Notes: a model not told the origin generated them from the sequence alone. DNA of 64,000 nucleotides from an uncultured Bacteroidales bacterium (GCA_947311115.1 CAMZKE010000045.1:1425-65424); one strand, 5' to 3'. Counted from the stretch's first letter, positions 1 through 7,930 are shown. Made by a program: numbers and translations.

Positions 1-830
1 CACGAGTTTATATAAGCTACATTGTCAGTAATACGGCTCTCATAGCCTAAACTCGCACAAATGTAAGCCGAGTTTAACTCTGCGATTAACTCCTCGTAAG
101 CGTACTCTTTTGAGCCAAATATTCCGCTCATATCACGGTTTAAACGGTGTTTTGCTCCGCTCCAATGTCCGAGCTCGTGAAAAGCAATTCCGTAAAAATT
201 AGCATCAGTCTCAAACTGCTTGCGAAGTGGCAAATGTATCTCATCAGTTCCAGGCAGGTAATAAGCCGAATTAATTGCAGAATAATTTATAATTGCTCCG
301 GTACTGTTTATAAGTTGCTCCGCTTGTTCGTTGCGTTCAAATTCTGTAAGTTGTTCAAGTTCCGAGTGCTTGTAATATTCTTGCGGTAAGTTCTCAATTT
401 GCGATATATTAAATACATTATATCCTTTTAAATATCCTCTTTTCTGATAATCAATATGTTCAATAGATAAGCCTTGCTTTAACATTTTTGTAATCATTGG
501 CGTAATATTTTCGCCTGTGTCTGCATCAAGGTATAAATGCGATTTATACACTACCAAAGCCGCCTTACTGCCTTTTTTTATCTTTCCGTTTAACTTGCTC
601 AACTGTTTAAAAGTCATCCACGAGTTATACGCATAAGCGTATTTTGTAGCTAAATATTGTAACATCAGTTGGTTTATACCGCTGTAAATATGATTAGTAT
701 CAGCATTACGAGCAAATATAAAATCATCAGACAATTTATACCAAGCAGAATTATAATTGCTTTGTTTGTGTTTCTCCAATAACTCAATAATTGTATCGGT
801 TATTCTTTCGTATATTTTGTTAGTGTTCAT
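1..830 (-). CDS. ardC: ArdC-like antirestriction protein (ssDNA-binding N-domain plus zincin-like metallopeptidase domain); C-terminus runs off the window
   Basis: Absent from the ORF track because the window edge truncates it. Manual minus-strand translation from ATG 830-828 stays open to base 1: MNTNKIYERITDTIIELLEKHKQSNYNSAWYKL...GIAFHELGHWSGAKHRLNRDMSGIFGSKEYAYEELIAELNSAYICASLGYE. HExxH followed by the RLNR..FG..YA.EEL.AEL block is the ArdC/DUF1738 signature as I remember it. Confidence 0.85.
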   Translation of the reverse strand, partial: MNTNKIYERITDTIIELLEKHKQSNYNSAWYKLSDDFIFARNADTNHIYSGINQLMLQYLATKYAYAYNSWMTFKQLSKLNGKIKKGSKAALVVYKSHLYLDADTGENITPMITKMLKQGLSIEHIDYQKRGYLKGYNVFNISQIENLPQEYYKHSELEQLTEFERNEQAEQLINSTGAIINYSAINSAYYLPGTDEIHLPLRKQFETDANFYGIAFHELGHWSGAKHRLNRDMSGIFGSKEYAYEELIAELNSAYICASLGYESRITDNVAYINS

Positions 831-852
831 TTTTCTAAATTTTAAAAGTTTG

Positions 853-1080
853 TTATTTGATTTGTTTATTGATTTGCGAAAGCTCCAAATTAAAAGCATC
901 AATTAAATATTGAAGGTCTTTATTTTTGCTTTTCATATACTCCAAAGCTTGTTTAGTATTAGATTTAATTTTGCTTTGTTTTTCCTTGCTTTTGCTCTTT
1001 GTTTTAGTATTCATTTTATCGGTGCAATTAAGACTAAAAGCAGTCCCAAAGCTTGGGACCGCTTTTAATTGGTTAAACAT
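853..1080 (-). CDS. hypothetical small Lys-rich protein, translationally coupled to the upstream ORF
   Basis: 75-aa ORF; its start overlaps the stop of 1080..1580 by 1 nt. Same strand as the ArdC-like gene. No recognisable motif. Confidence 0.4.
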   Translation of the reverse strand: MFNQLKAVPSFGTAFSLNCTDKMNTKTKSKSKEKQSKIKSNTKQALEYMKSKNKDLQYLIDAFNLELSQINKQIK

Positions 1081-1580
1081 TAAAATTTAATTTCTTGCTC
1101 TATTTCTTTAATTTTCTCAATTAAAGTATCTTTAATAGTTGCAATCACCTTTGTAAAAACTTCGGTGTTTGAAGTTTGAAAAACATTTCCGTTTTCATCG
1201 GTTAGTTTAATGTTCTCACCAAACTGCGGAGAGCCAACCACAAAAGCATTTAATTTTTTTCTGCTCTCCTCTAAAATCTCACGTTTTTCAATCAAAATTT
1301 TAAGGTTCTCAACCTTTTCAATTTTCTGTTCAAGTGATAATTCCACAGGTGGCGGAGTTGGAACAGGAGTTTCAACAATCGGTTTTTTAGTTGCCTCAAT
1401 TTTTGGAGTTTGCACACTTGAAGTTTTTTTAACTTCCTCTTTTTTCACTGTCTCGGCTTTGTTTTCTGTGTTCTTGTCTGCCGATTTCTCAACTGCTTTA
1501 TAAGTTGCAGGAGTTAGGTTTTTAAGGTCTTTTTTAAGCCCTAAACCGTTTGAACGTCTTGTTTTTGTTACTGTTGTCAT
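1080..1580 (-). CDS. hypothetical protein: Lys/Pro-rich N-half, structured C-half
   Basis: 166-aa ORF, first gene downstream (minus sense) of the 344-bp palindrome. No recognisable motif. Confidence 0.5.
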   Translation of the reverse strand: MTTVTKTRRSNGLGLKKDLKNLTPATYKAVEKSADKNTENKAETVKKEEVKKTSSVQTPKIEATKKPIVETPVPTPPPVELSLEQKIEKVENLKILIEKREILEESRKKLNAFVVGSPQFGENIKLTDENGNVFQTSNTEVFTKVIATIKDTLIEKIKEIEQEIKF

Positions 1581-1687
1581 AATAAATAAAATTTAAAAAA
1601 TTAATAAAAAAATACTCTGCGAAGACTTTCCCCACAGAAAGAAGTTTATAAATGTTGATAATAGATTTTGAGCGTGCAGTTTAAAAT

Positions 1688-2031
1688 CTATCATTATTTC
1701 TATTTTTTGTTTTTTATACATACCAATTCTATTTTAAAGTTTATAAATGCCTCTTAATGAGTTTATCGCGTTTGTTCAGCCGAGTAAATAGAAAGGCAGA
1801 AATACCGCACAGCAATAGTGATAGTTCTTAGTTTTTGGAGTGTTTAAATATTAACTCGTCGAAGACACCCGAAAACGCTCCGAAGACTTAGAAATATCTA
1901 TTTATATTCTATTGTGTGTGGTATTTTGACTTTCAAACTTTGCTGTACAATACCGAGACTCATTCAGAGGCTTTAACCTTAAAATTACAGTTGGTATAAA
2001 AAACAGAGAAAAAATAGAAATAATGATAGCT
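1688..2031. repeat. 344-bp imperfect palindrome: two ~160-nt arms around a centre at ~1845-1875
   Basis: Hand reverse-complement alignment pairs 1688-1712 (CTATCATTATTTCTATTTTTT...) with 2006-2030 (...AAAAAATAGAAATAATGATAG). Further pairs: 1750-1763 with 1958-1971, 1800-1818 with 1909-1927, 1820-1845 with 1877-1905. Mismatches and bulges occur throughout. Confidence 0.85.
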
Positions 2032-2144
2032 ATACCAAAAGTGAGGTACGAGCTTTTTCCTTATTGTACCACATAAAATTTATTAAGAATGATAAGGTTT
2101 TTGTATTAATTAGTATTAAATATGTTGGTAGAATATTTTACAAT

Positions 2145-2165
2145 AAAAAAGGGGCATAAAGCCCC
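2145..2165 (-). terminator. rho-independent terminator downstream of the 411-aa integrase
   Basis: GGGGC ATAAA GCCCC hairpin (2151-2165), followed on the minus strand by a T-run (A6 at 2145-2150 on plus). Confidence 0.55.
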
Positions 2166-2192
2166 CATCAATAAGTAAAAAAAACTAATTAA

Positions 2193-3428
2193 TTAAACTA
2201 CAAGATTAAATTTATCTTGCAAGTGTTCCATATCTCTTCCAACTTTTTTATCTAAAAGTTTAGCGTATATCTTTGTCATTTTTATTGATGAATGACCGAG
2301 CATTTTTGAAACTGTTTCTATTGGTACATCATTATTCAAAGTTACGGTTGTAGCAAAAGTATGGCGTGCAATATGGGTAGTTAATTTTTTATCTATACCA
2401 CAAATATCTGCAATCTCTTTTAAGTAAGCGTTCATCTTTTGATTTGACATTACCGGTAATAAAACATTTTTTATCTGACAATGAGGATGAAAATGATATT
2501 TCTCAATAATTGCCTCAGTAATTGGTAGCAAAGGTATATGACTACTACCATCGGTTTTAGTTCTGTTTATCATTACCCATTTATTGCCATCAGCTCCTGT
2601 TTTAATGTTTTCTTTGGTTAGCTTTTTTAAATCGGAATGTGCCAAACCGGTAAAACACGAAAACAAAAACATATCTTTTACTATTTCTAAGCGTTCTATT
2701 TTAAACTTTTTATTTATTAATGTATGTAATTCTTCTTCTGATAAAAATGGTCGTTCAGTTTTCTTAACTGTAATTTTAAAATTTACAAATGGGTCTTTTT
2801 TTAGCCAATCATTTGCCATTGCTATTTTTATTATTTTTTTAAAGATAGTTATATACTTCATTGTAGTATTATGAGAGCAATCTTTTTTTGTTTTTAGATA
2901 AATTTCAAATCCTTTAACAAATTTATTGTTCACATCAATAATATTTATGTCTTTTTGTTGATACTCTAATAACATATAATTAATTATATGCTTTAATGTA
3001 GATTTATATTTAGTAACCGTTGATTTTGAATAATCAATACCAATTAGTTTTTCCATTTCTAAATTATGTTCATTGAAAATATCAACCAAACTAACTATTT
3101 CTGTTTCATCTTCAATACCAAGATAAGCATCCTTTAACATTTGTGGTGTAATTTTTTGATTGGTTTCTCTCAAATATTTATAATGCTCATACATTGATGT
3201 TTTAATTGAAAACAAATAATCTGTTAAAGAACGTAATTTTCTTATACCTGTTTGCGGCATAGCTGTTTTTATATCCCATAATTCATAATCTATATCTCTA
3301 TGAACTGTCATATCAGATGTTTTACCACTTATTGTGATACGTAAATAAATTGGAGATTCTCCATTTGCATTTTTTCTGTGCTTCTTTACTATAAAGAGCT
3401 GTTTGAAAGTGTTTCTTTTTTTACTCAT
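2193..3428 (-). CDS. tyrosine-type site-specific integrase (Bacteroidota CTn/NBU-like, with N-terminal arm-binding domain)
   Basis: 411 aa. C-terminal catalytic block HIARHTFATTV...LGHSSIKMTKIYAKL (H-x-x-R ... Y). N-terminus FIVKKHRKNANGESPIYLRITISGK is typical of Bacteroidota integrases. Confidence 0.9.
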   Translation of the reverse strand: MSKKRNTFKQLFIVKKHRKNANGESPIYLRITISGKTSDMTVHRDIDYELWDIKTAMPQTGIRKLRSLTDYLFSIKTSMYEHYKYLRETNQKITPQMLKDAYLGIEDETEIVSLVDIFNEHNLEMEKLIGIDYSKSTVTKYKSTLKHIINYMLLEYQQKDINIIDVNNKFVKGFEIYLKTKKDCSHNTTMKYITIFKKIIKIAMANDWLKKDPFVNFKITVKKTERPFLSEEELHTLINKKFKIERLEIVKDMFLFSCFTGLAHSDLKKLTKENIKTGADGNKWVMINRTKTDGSSHIPLLPITEAIIEKYHFHPHCQIKNVLLPVMSNQKMNAYLKEIADICGIDKKLTTHIARHTFATTVTLNNDVPIETVSKMLGHSSIKMTKIYAKLLDKKVGRDMEHLQDKFNLVV

Positions 3429-3514
3429 TTTTTTTAAATTTTAATGGTTCAAAATTAAATATTTATAAGTAAAAATTAAAATGCAAAAGACTGCATATCA
3501 GTGCAAAAGAACCT

Positions 3515-3556
3515 AAATCGTGTCCACATTTTTCAGTTTGTGCTTGGACACGATTT
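3515..3556. repeat. 12-bp perfect inverted repeat AAATCGTGTCCA / TGGACACGATTT, with a third TGGACAC half-site just downstream
   Basis: Read directly. Lies between the integrase start (3428) and the tRNA-flank terminator. Candidate end or recombinase-binding site of the left-hand element. Confidence 0.5.
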
Positions 3557-3601
3557 GGACACAGAAAAATGTATTAAAATGCGTCATTTTAGCCTTTTTA
3601 A

Positions 3602-3640
3602 GGAAAATAAAAAAGCCTGAAAACTCACGTTTTCAGGCTT
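3602..3640 (-). terminator. rho-independent terminator lying (minus sense) just downstream of the displaced tRNA-Asp 3' fragment
   Basis: 11-bp stem AAGCCTGAAAA / TTTTCAGGCTT (3613-3623 with 3630-3640), followed on the minus strand by a T-run. This is the position expected for the original tRNA terminator. Confidence 0.6.
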
Positions 3641-3664
3641 TTACATTATTTTGCTTTGTTAAAA

Positions 3665-3677
3665 GCGGTCTGGACGA
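3665..3677. repeat. attL: 13-bp direct repeat GCGGTCTGGACGA (displaced 3' end of tRNA-Asp)
   Basis: Identical 13-mer at 18211-18223, inside the tRNA-Asp acceptor and T-stem. Confidence 0.75.
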
Positions 3678-3825
3678 TACCCACCATTACACAAATTACA
3701 CAATAAAAATATTTAAAATATTAGTGCGAGGATTGGAAACTCTCAAAGCTAATGATGTGAGCAAGTTAGGGAGTACTTAAATGTATTCCCTGCTTTTATT
3801 ATTTATTAATTTAAAATTGTGTAAG

Positions 3826-4068
3826 ATGAAAACAAAAGAGAGATTAAAAGAGTTTTACGAAAACCTTTATAATGATAGGTACAAAGATATATTAGAGGTT
3901 GTCAAAATTGATGTAGAGGTTATAAACGTGTACATTGTTGCTAAGGTAAAAAAAGATTTTCAATTTATAGAAATAACGCCGTTTAAAGATGCTAAAATAA
4001 TCGGTGTTAATATAGGTACAGGAGTAATAAAATTTATTGAGGATTTAAGAGATGAAAACAATTTATAA
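3826..4068 (+). CDS. hypothetical protein (first gene inside attL)
   Basis: ORF 3781..4068 trimmed to the internal ATG at 3826 (MKTKERLKEFYENLY...). No motif recognised. Confidence 0.4.
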   Translation: MKTKERLKEFYENLYNDRYKDILEVVKIDVEVINVYIVAKVKKDFQFIEITPFKDAKIIGVNIGTGVIKFIEDLRDENNL

Positions 4069-4438
4069 CATACAAGGCGATTTATTTAGTGATGCTGGAG
4101 TTTTGATTTTTAACGATATTGTTTCAAACAAAGAGGTTAATTTAGATTTGTTTAACATTGAATTTGCCAATGATATGGTATATAAATATCAACAGCAATC
4201 AATTATAACCTATTTAACAGGACTAACAGCACAGCAACAAAAAGCCCATACAATAACGATAACAAAAAAGAAAATAGAAATGTTTAATAACATCAACAGT
4301 ATATTAGTTGATAGTTTAAAAAACTTCAATTCTGATAAGATTATTACAGCTATTGGAATGTTATCGGAACTAACAAAAAACAAAACAAGTTTAACAAAGC
4401 TGGCGAAAATTAAAAGCTGGTTAAAAGAAAATTATTAG
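4052..4438 (+). CDS. hypothetical protein
   Basis: 128-aa ORF overlapping the preceding ORF by 17 nt. No motif recognised. Confidence 0.45.
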   Translation: MKTIYNIQGDLFSDAGVLIFNDIVSNKEVNLDLFNIEFANDMVYKYQQQSIITYLTGLTAQQQKAHTITITKKKIEMFNNINSILVDSLKNFNSDKIITAIGMLSELTKNKTSLTKLAKIKSWLKENY

Positions 4439-4459
4439 TAAAAATGTAAGTAACTGAAT

Positions 4460-4500
4460 AACAGCTAAAAGCTGTTTAAAAAGCCCTTACTTGATAATAT
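4460..4500 (+). promoter_or_regulatory. candidate double-strand origin: hairpin AACAGC/GCTGTT followed by CTTGATAATA
   Basis: CTTGATA at 4490-4496, about 40 nt upstream of rep. As I remember it, this heptamer is the nick-site core of pC194/pUB110-type plasmids and phiX174 (CTTG/ATA). Confidence 0.4.
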
Positions 4501-4533
4501 ACGAACTAAGTGGAGATTTTAAAAAGGTAAAAA

Positions 4534-6090
4534 ATGAGTAAAAACTCAAAAAATATAGACGGTAAAAATAATGTTAAGCGAAATTATACTTATAGCAATA
4601 AATTAGCATATAAAAATAAAGAAAATAAGCAAAAAGCACAGGCAATTTATGAATATTGCAAAGAGTGGGGAATAACACTACCAACAACTCGCAAAGAATA
4701 CAAAGAAAATAAAGACCTTGTACTTGCAGACAGAGAAACAGGCTATATTTTAGAGGAGTTTGATATTATCGCACGAGCTTATTACGATTTAAAACAGCCT
4801 ATCAATTCAGTATTAGCAGAGTTTCAAGATGATAACGGCAATAAACGTTATCAATTACTTATGTCGCAATATTCACGTAATAAGATTGATAGTATATGGA
4901 ATTATAAAAAAAGTAAAACGGCACGGCGAGTTTGGATAGAGTATTTAAAAGAACATACCGAACTAATAAAAGACTATGAGCCGAAACATCTAACTTTAAC
5001 CGTACCTCATAAAAACGGAACTTGGCGAGGTCAAGAATTTTTTGCAAAAGAACTTATCAAAGAATTTAACTTAATGCGTAAATCTGATAAGTTTAAACAG
5101 TATATTTATGCAGGTGCGTATAATATTGAAACAACAAAAACCGAAAACGGTAATCATACACACTTACACGCCTTAGTTTTTCAACATAAACAATATACAG
5201 TTAATAAAGTTAGAAAATTGATTGTTAAAGATTGGAACAAACGCACAGGTGCAACGCAGATAAGATATGAAAGTTTATATGTACATCAAAAAGATAACGC
5301 AGGGCGTTGGATAATTGAAACAAAAGAGGAATTATATCACAACGAGCTGGACGCTGACGGTAACGAAATAAAAGTAACACACAAAAACGCATATTCATTT
5401 AGAAAAAAGTTTTATTTAGATAACTCAAACGATTGGTACAGGAATTTAACAGACGTTGAGAAAATAGAGCAAATGAGTATTGGCATACTTGAAACATTAA
5501 AGTATAATTTTAAAGAGGAAGTATTTAAAAACCCTGACGGTACATATAACGTCTCATTTATGCACGAAACCCTTATAAATGGTAAAGGCTTACGTTTTTA
5601 TTCAAAGTTCGGTGCATTTTACGGCGAAAAAAAATTAAATTTAAAACAGGAGTTAGAACGTGATGAGCCTCTAACCGTTGAAAATGAGCAATACGATGAG
5701 AGCCAAGAGGACGACTACAAAACAGACACAAACAACACTATAATAAACACTTATAACCCTTTTACATACGAACACGCAAATTTAAACGAGTGCAAACTTA
5801 AATTAATACAAGTTGATAGATTAAAATTTTTGCGAAAGCCTGAAAAAAAGGAGGTTATTCTCACGCCGAACAAAGAGGATTTAATCGCTATTATAGACGG
5901 TTTAGATTTAAAAAAAATAGCTGAACTTATTGCCAAAGGACAGTTAAACGAAATTATAAAAGAGGAGTTTACAACGGACGATACGTTTACAACTGATGAT
6001 TTAGATGTAGGTAATATTTTGAATAAAGATGAATTTAAAAGTACAAACGATTTTATAAATGCGTTTGAGAATGATTTTTATAATGTTTAA
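4534..6090 (+). CDS. rep: rolling-circle replication initiator, HUH superfamily, Rep_1 (pC194/pUB110)-like motifs, with long acidic C-terminal extension
   Basis: Motif 1 KHLTLTVPHKNG. Motif 2 NHTHLHALVF (HUH). Motif 3 ETLKYNFKEE (catalytic Tyr in YxxK). The C-terminal ~140 aa are D/E/T-rich. Confidence 0.8.
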   Translation: MSKNSKNIDGKNNVKRNYTYSNKLAYKNKENKQKAQAIYEYCKEWGITLPTTRKEYKENKDLVLADRETGYILEEFDIIARAYYDLKQPINSVLAEFQDDNGNKRYQLLMSQYSRNKIDSIWNYKKSKTARRVWIEYLKEHTELIKDYEPKHLTLTVPHKNGTWRGQEFFAKELIKEFNLMRKSDKFKQYIYAGAYNIETTKTENGNHTHLHALVFQHKQYTVNKVRKLIVKDWNKRTGATQIRYESLYVHQKDNAGRWIIETKEELYHNELDADGNEIKVTHKNAYSFRKKFYLDNSNDWYRNLTDVEKIEQMSIGILETLKYNFKEEVFKNPDGTYNVSFMHETLINGKGLRFYSKFGAFYGEKKLNLKQELERDEPLTVENEQYDESQEDDYKTDTNNTIINTYNPFTYEHANLNECKLKLIQVDRLKFLRKPEKKEVILTPNKEDLIAIIDGLDLKKIAELIAKGQLNEIIKEEFTTDDTFTTDDLDVGNILNKDEFKSTNDFINAFENDFYNV

Positions 6091-6105
6091 TTAAAAAGTA
6101 GAAAA

Positions 6106-6438
6106 ATGAAAAGAATTGAAGTAATTGGAAACATCGGCAAAGATGCCGTAATTAAAGATTTTAACGACAAAAAAGCAATAAATTTTAATATTGCCGAAAA
6201 TGAGTATTACACAGATAAAGACGGCAATAAGATTGAAAAAACAAGCTGGTTTAATTGCACACTTTGGAAGTCTGAAAGTCAAAGTATTAAGATAGCGGAA
6301 TACTTAAAAAAAGGCGTTAAAGTGTTTATTGAGGGAACGCCAAAAGCTGATAGTTATATTACTGATAAAGGCGAGAGTGTTGCTTTTATTAATATTCAAG
6401 TTAAAAATATTGAGCTATTATCTAAGGTTGAGAACTAA
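6106..6438 (+). CDS. ssb: single-stranded DNA-binding protein (OB fold) lacking the usual acidic C-terminal tip
   Basis: MKRIEVIGNIGKDAVIK....AINFNIAENE......G...EKTSWFNCTLW...AEYLKKGVKVFIEGTP is the classic SSB OB-fold pattern. The protein ends ...ELLSKVEN, with no D-D-D-I-P-F type tail. Confidence 0.8.
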   Translation: MKRIEVIGNIGKDAVIKDFNDKKAINFNIAENEYYTDKDGNKIEKTSWFNCTLWKSESQSIKIAEYLKKGVKVFIEGTPKADSYITDKGESVAFINIQVKNIELLSKVEN

Positions 6439-6451
6439 CGGGTTGGGGCTA

Positions 6452-6480
6452 TGAAGCGAATCCCCTTATAGTTCGCTTCA
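6452..6480 (+). other. 9-bp stem hairpin TGAAGCGAA / TTCGCTTCA immediately after ssb
   Basis: Read directly. Flanked by repeated TGGGGCT (6444-6450 and 6500-6506) and a second small hairpin GGGCT/AGCCC (6502-6521). Confidence 0.6.
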
Positions 6481-6548
6481 ATTTTACAAATAGGCTTTCT
6501 GGGGCTTTGATTTATTAGCCCTTGTTATAGCCAGTTAATTTTATAAAG

Positions 6549-6830
6549 ATGTTTAAACAAATGAGCGACCAAATCACATTAAAAGAAGCAATTAAACTTA
6601 TAGATTCAAGTTCAGAAACATATAGTTTACATACGGTTATCATAGATGATAATGGAAATAAAATGCCAGTTTATAGTGGTGATTATTTATCAGAATCGCC
6701 AGTAAATACAATAGAAAGTTTTGTTAAAGAAACTGATAATTATGGTTCGTTTTGGCTTAAATTTTACGGTGAAATGGATTTGGTTGTCGCAAAATACCAA
6801 ATAGTTGATGAAAATGGCGAACCTGTTTAA
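6549..6830 (+). CDS. hypothetical protein, bracketed by a 15/16 inverted repeat
   Basis: 93-aa ORF. TGTTATAGCCAGTTAA (6523-6538) and TTAATTGGCTATAACA (6827-6842) are reverse complements with one mismatch. Confidence 0.45.
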   Translation: MFKQMSDQITLKEAIKLIDSSSETYSLHTVIIDDNGNKMPVYSGDYLSESPVNTIESFVKETDNYGSFWLKFYGEMDLVVAKYQIVDENGEPV

Positions 6831-6910
6831 TTGGCTATAACACAAAAGTAACCGCCGTTTGTATGGCGGTTAATGACTGTTAGCGTGCGTTTTAATGCAC
6901 GATTTTCAAA

Positions 6911-7096
6911 ATGTTAATAGTAGTAATAACAATATTATCAATAATTATAGTAATACAGTCTATTGGGCTGTATTACTTAAATTTATCATTTAAAAAACTT
7001 GTAAAGATGGCAAAAAAAGAATGTAAAAATAAAAATGTTGTAAAAGTAAAATCAAAAGTTAAACCTCTTAATAATTATTATATATGGCTCAATTAG
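6911..7096 (+). CDS. small membrane protein (N-terminal TM helix, Lys-rich C-terminus)
   Basis: MLIVVITILSIIIVIQSIGLYYL followed by KKLVKMAKKECKNKNVVKVKSKVK. Confidence 0.4.
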   Translation: MLIVVITILSIIIVIQSIGLYYLNLSFKKLVKMAKKECKNKNVVKVKSKVKPLNNYYIWLN

Positions 7097-7284
7097 AATT
7101 TAAACATACACATTTAACCTTATCGGACGTTGCAGATAGTTACGGTATTAGTATAAGTACATTACACAAGTGGTTAAAGCCAATTAAAAATGATTTGTTA
7201 AAGTTATCAAAAGTAAATACTAAACGTTTAAGAACTTTAAACAGCAAGCAATTAAACAAAATTCAAAATTTTTTATCTGCATAA
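7084..7284 (+). CDS. helix-turn-helix DNA-binding protein (excisionase/regulator-like)
   Basis: LTLSDVADSYGISISTLHKWLKP is a canonical HTH. The gene ends directly before the iteron array. Confidence 0.5.
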   Translation: MAQLEFKHTHLTLSDVADSYGISISTLHKWLKPIKNDLLKLSKVNTKRLRTLNSKQLNKIQNFLSA

Positions 7285-7291
7285 ATAAGAG

Positions 7292-7380
7292 CAATTAACT
7301 ACAATTAACTACAATTAACTACACTTAGCTACACTTAATTATACTTAGCTATACTTAGTAATATTTAGTGATATGCTTAA
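7292..7380. repeat. about nine tandem 10-bp iterons (CAATTAACTA x3, then CACTTAGCTA-type variants)
   Basis: Read directly: caattaacta caattaacta caattaacta cacttagcta cacttaatta tacttagcta tacttagtaa tatttagtga. The 10-bp period matches the helical repeat. Confidence 0.8.
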
Positions 7381-7405
7381 ATTTTCATAGTTGTATTATT
7401 GCAAC

Positions 7406-7930
7406 GTGAAAAAGAAAATTATAATATATTCAATTATTGCCGTGCTGGTAGTACTTGCTTTTTTTGGTATCAAAAAAGCAAAAAAAATGCTTGCGTTAAA
7501 AAAAGCAAAAGTAAACGTATTAGATTTTCAGTTGTTAGATAATATCGGCGTTAAAACATTAAACACAGGATTTAATACAAAAGTAGATTTAAAATTACAA
7601 AACTATTCGCCGAACACTTACCAATTAGAGCAATTACAAGTTGATTTATATACTCCGTCTGGTCAATTATTAGCAGAACAACAACAACCAATTAAACCAA
7701 CGGAAATAAAACCAAACGCTAATACAACCGTTTCTATTAATCATTATATCAAAAGTGAAAAGTTTTTAGACTTGCTATCTGAAAATGATTATATAGATAA
7801 AAAAGAAACTGTTTTAGAAATAGCAATGAAATTATTATCAATGGATTTAAGCGGTGTTAATTTAACAATAAAAGGTTTTGCAATTATTGACGGTCTGGAA
7901 ATACCAATAAATGAAAATATATCTTTATAA
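7406..7930 (+). CDS. membrane-anchored beta-rich protein, possibly LEA_2/NDR1-like fold
   Basis: Track ORF 7391..7930 (TTG) trimmed to GTG 7406 (MKKKIIIYSIIAVLVVLAFFGI). VDLKLQNYSPNTYQLEQLQVDLYTPSGQLLAE resembles the LEA_2 pattern from memory. Weak. Confidence 0.45.
   Translation: MKKKIIIYSIIAVLVVLAFFGIKKAKKMLALKKAKVNVLDFQLLDNIGVKTLNTGFNTKVDLKLQNYSPNTYQLEQLQVDLYTPSGQLLAEQQQPIKPTEIKPNANTTVSINHYIKSEKFLDLLSENDYIDKKETVLEIAMKLLSMDLSGVNLTIKGFAIIDGLEIPINENISL

Noticed and set aside
147-389. 80-aa + strand ORF in the track
   Set aside because: It lies antisense inside the clearly conserved ArdC-like reading frame (HELGHW motif on the minus strand) and has no motif of its own.
3520-3780. 86-aa + strand ORF
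   Set aside because: It spans an inverted repeat, a terminator hairpin and the attL core. It is better explained as non-coding junction sequence.
6911-7096. Filamentous (inovirus-like) phage interpretation: Rep then SSB then a small TM protein with a basic tail resembles gII-gV-gVIII
   Set aside because: No Zot/pI-like Walker-A assembly ATPase or secretin is present, and the element carries an endolysin-type peptidase and a holin-like gene, which filamentous phages do not need.
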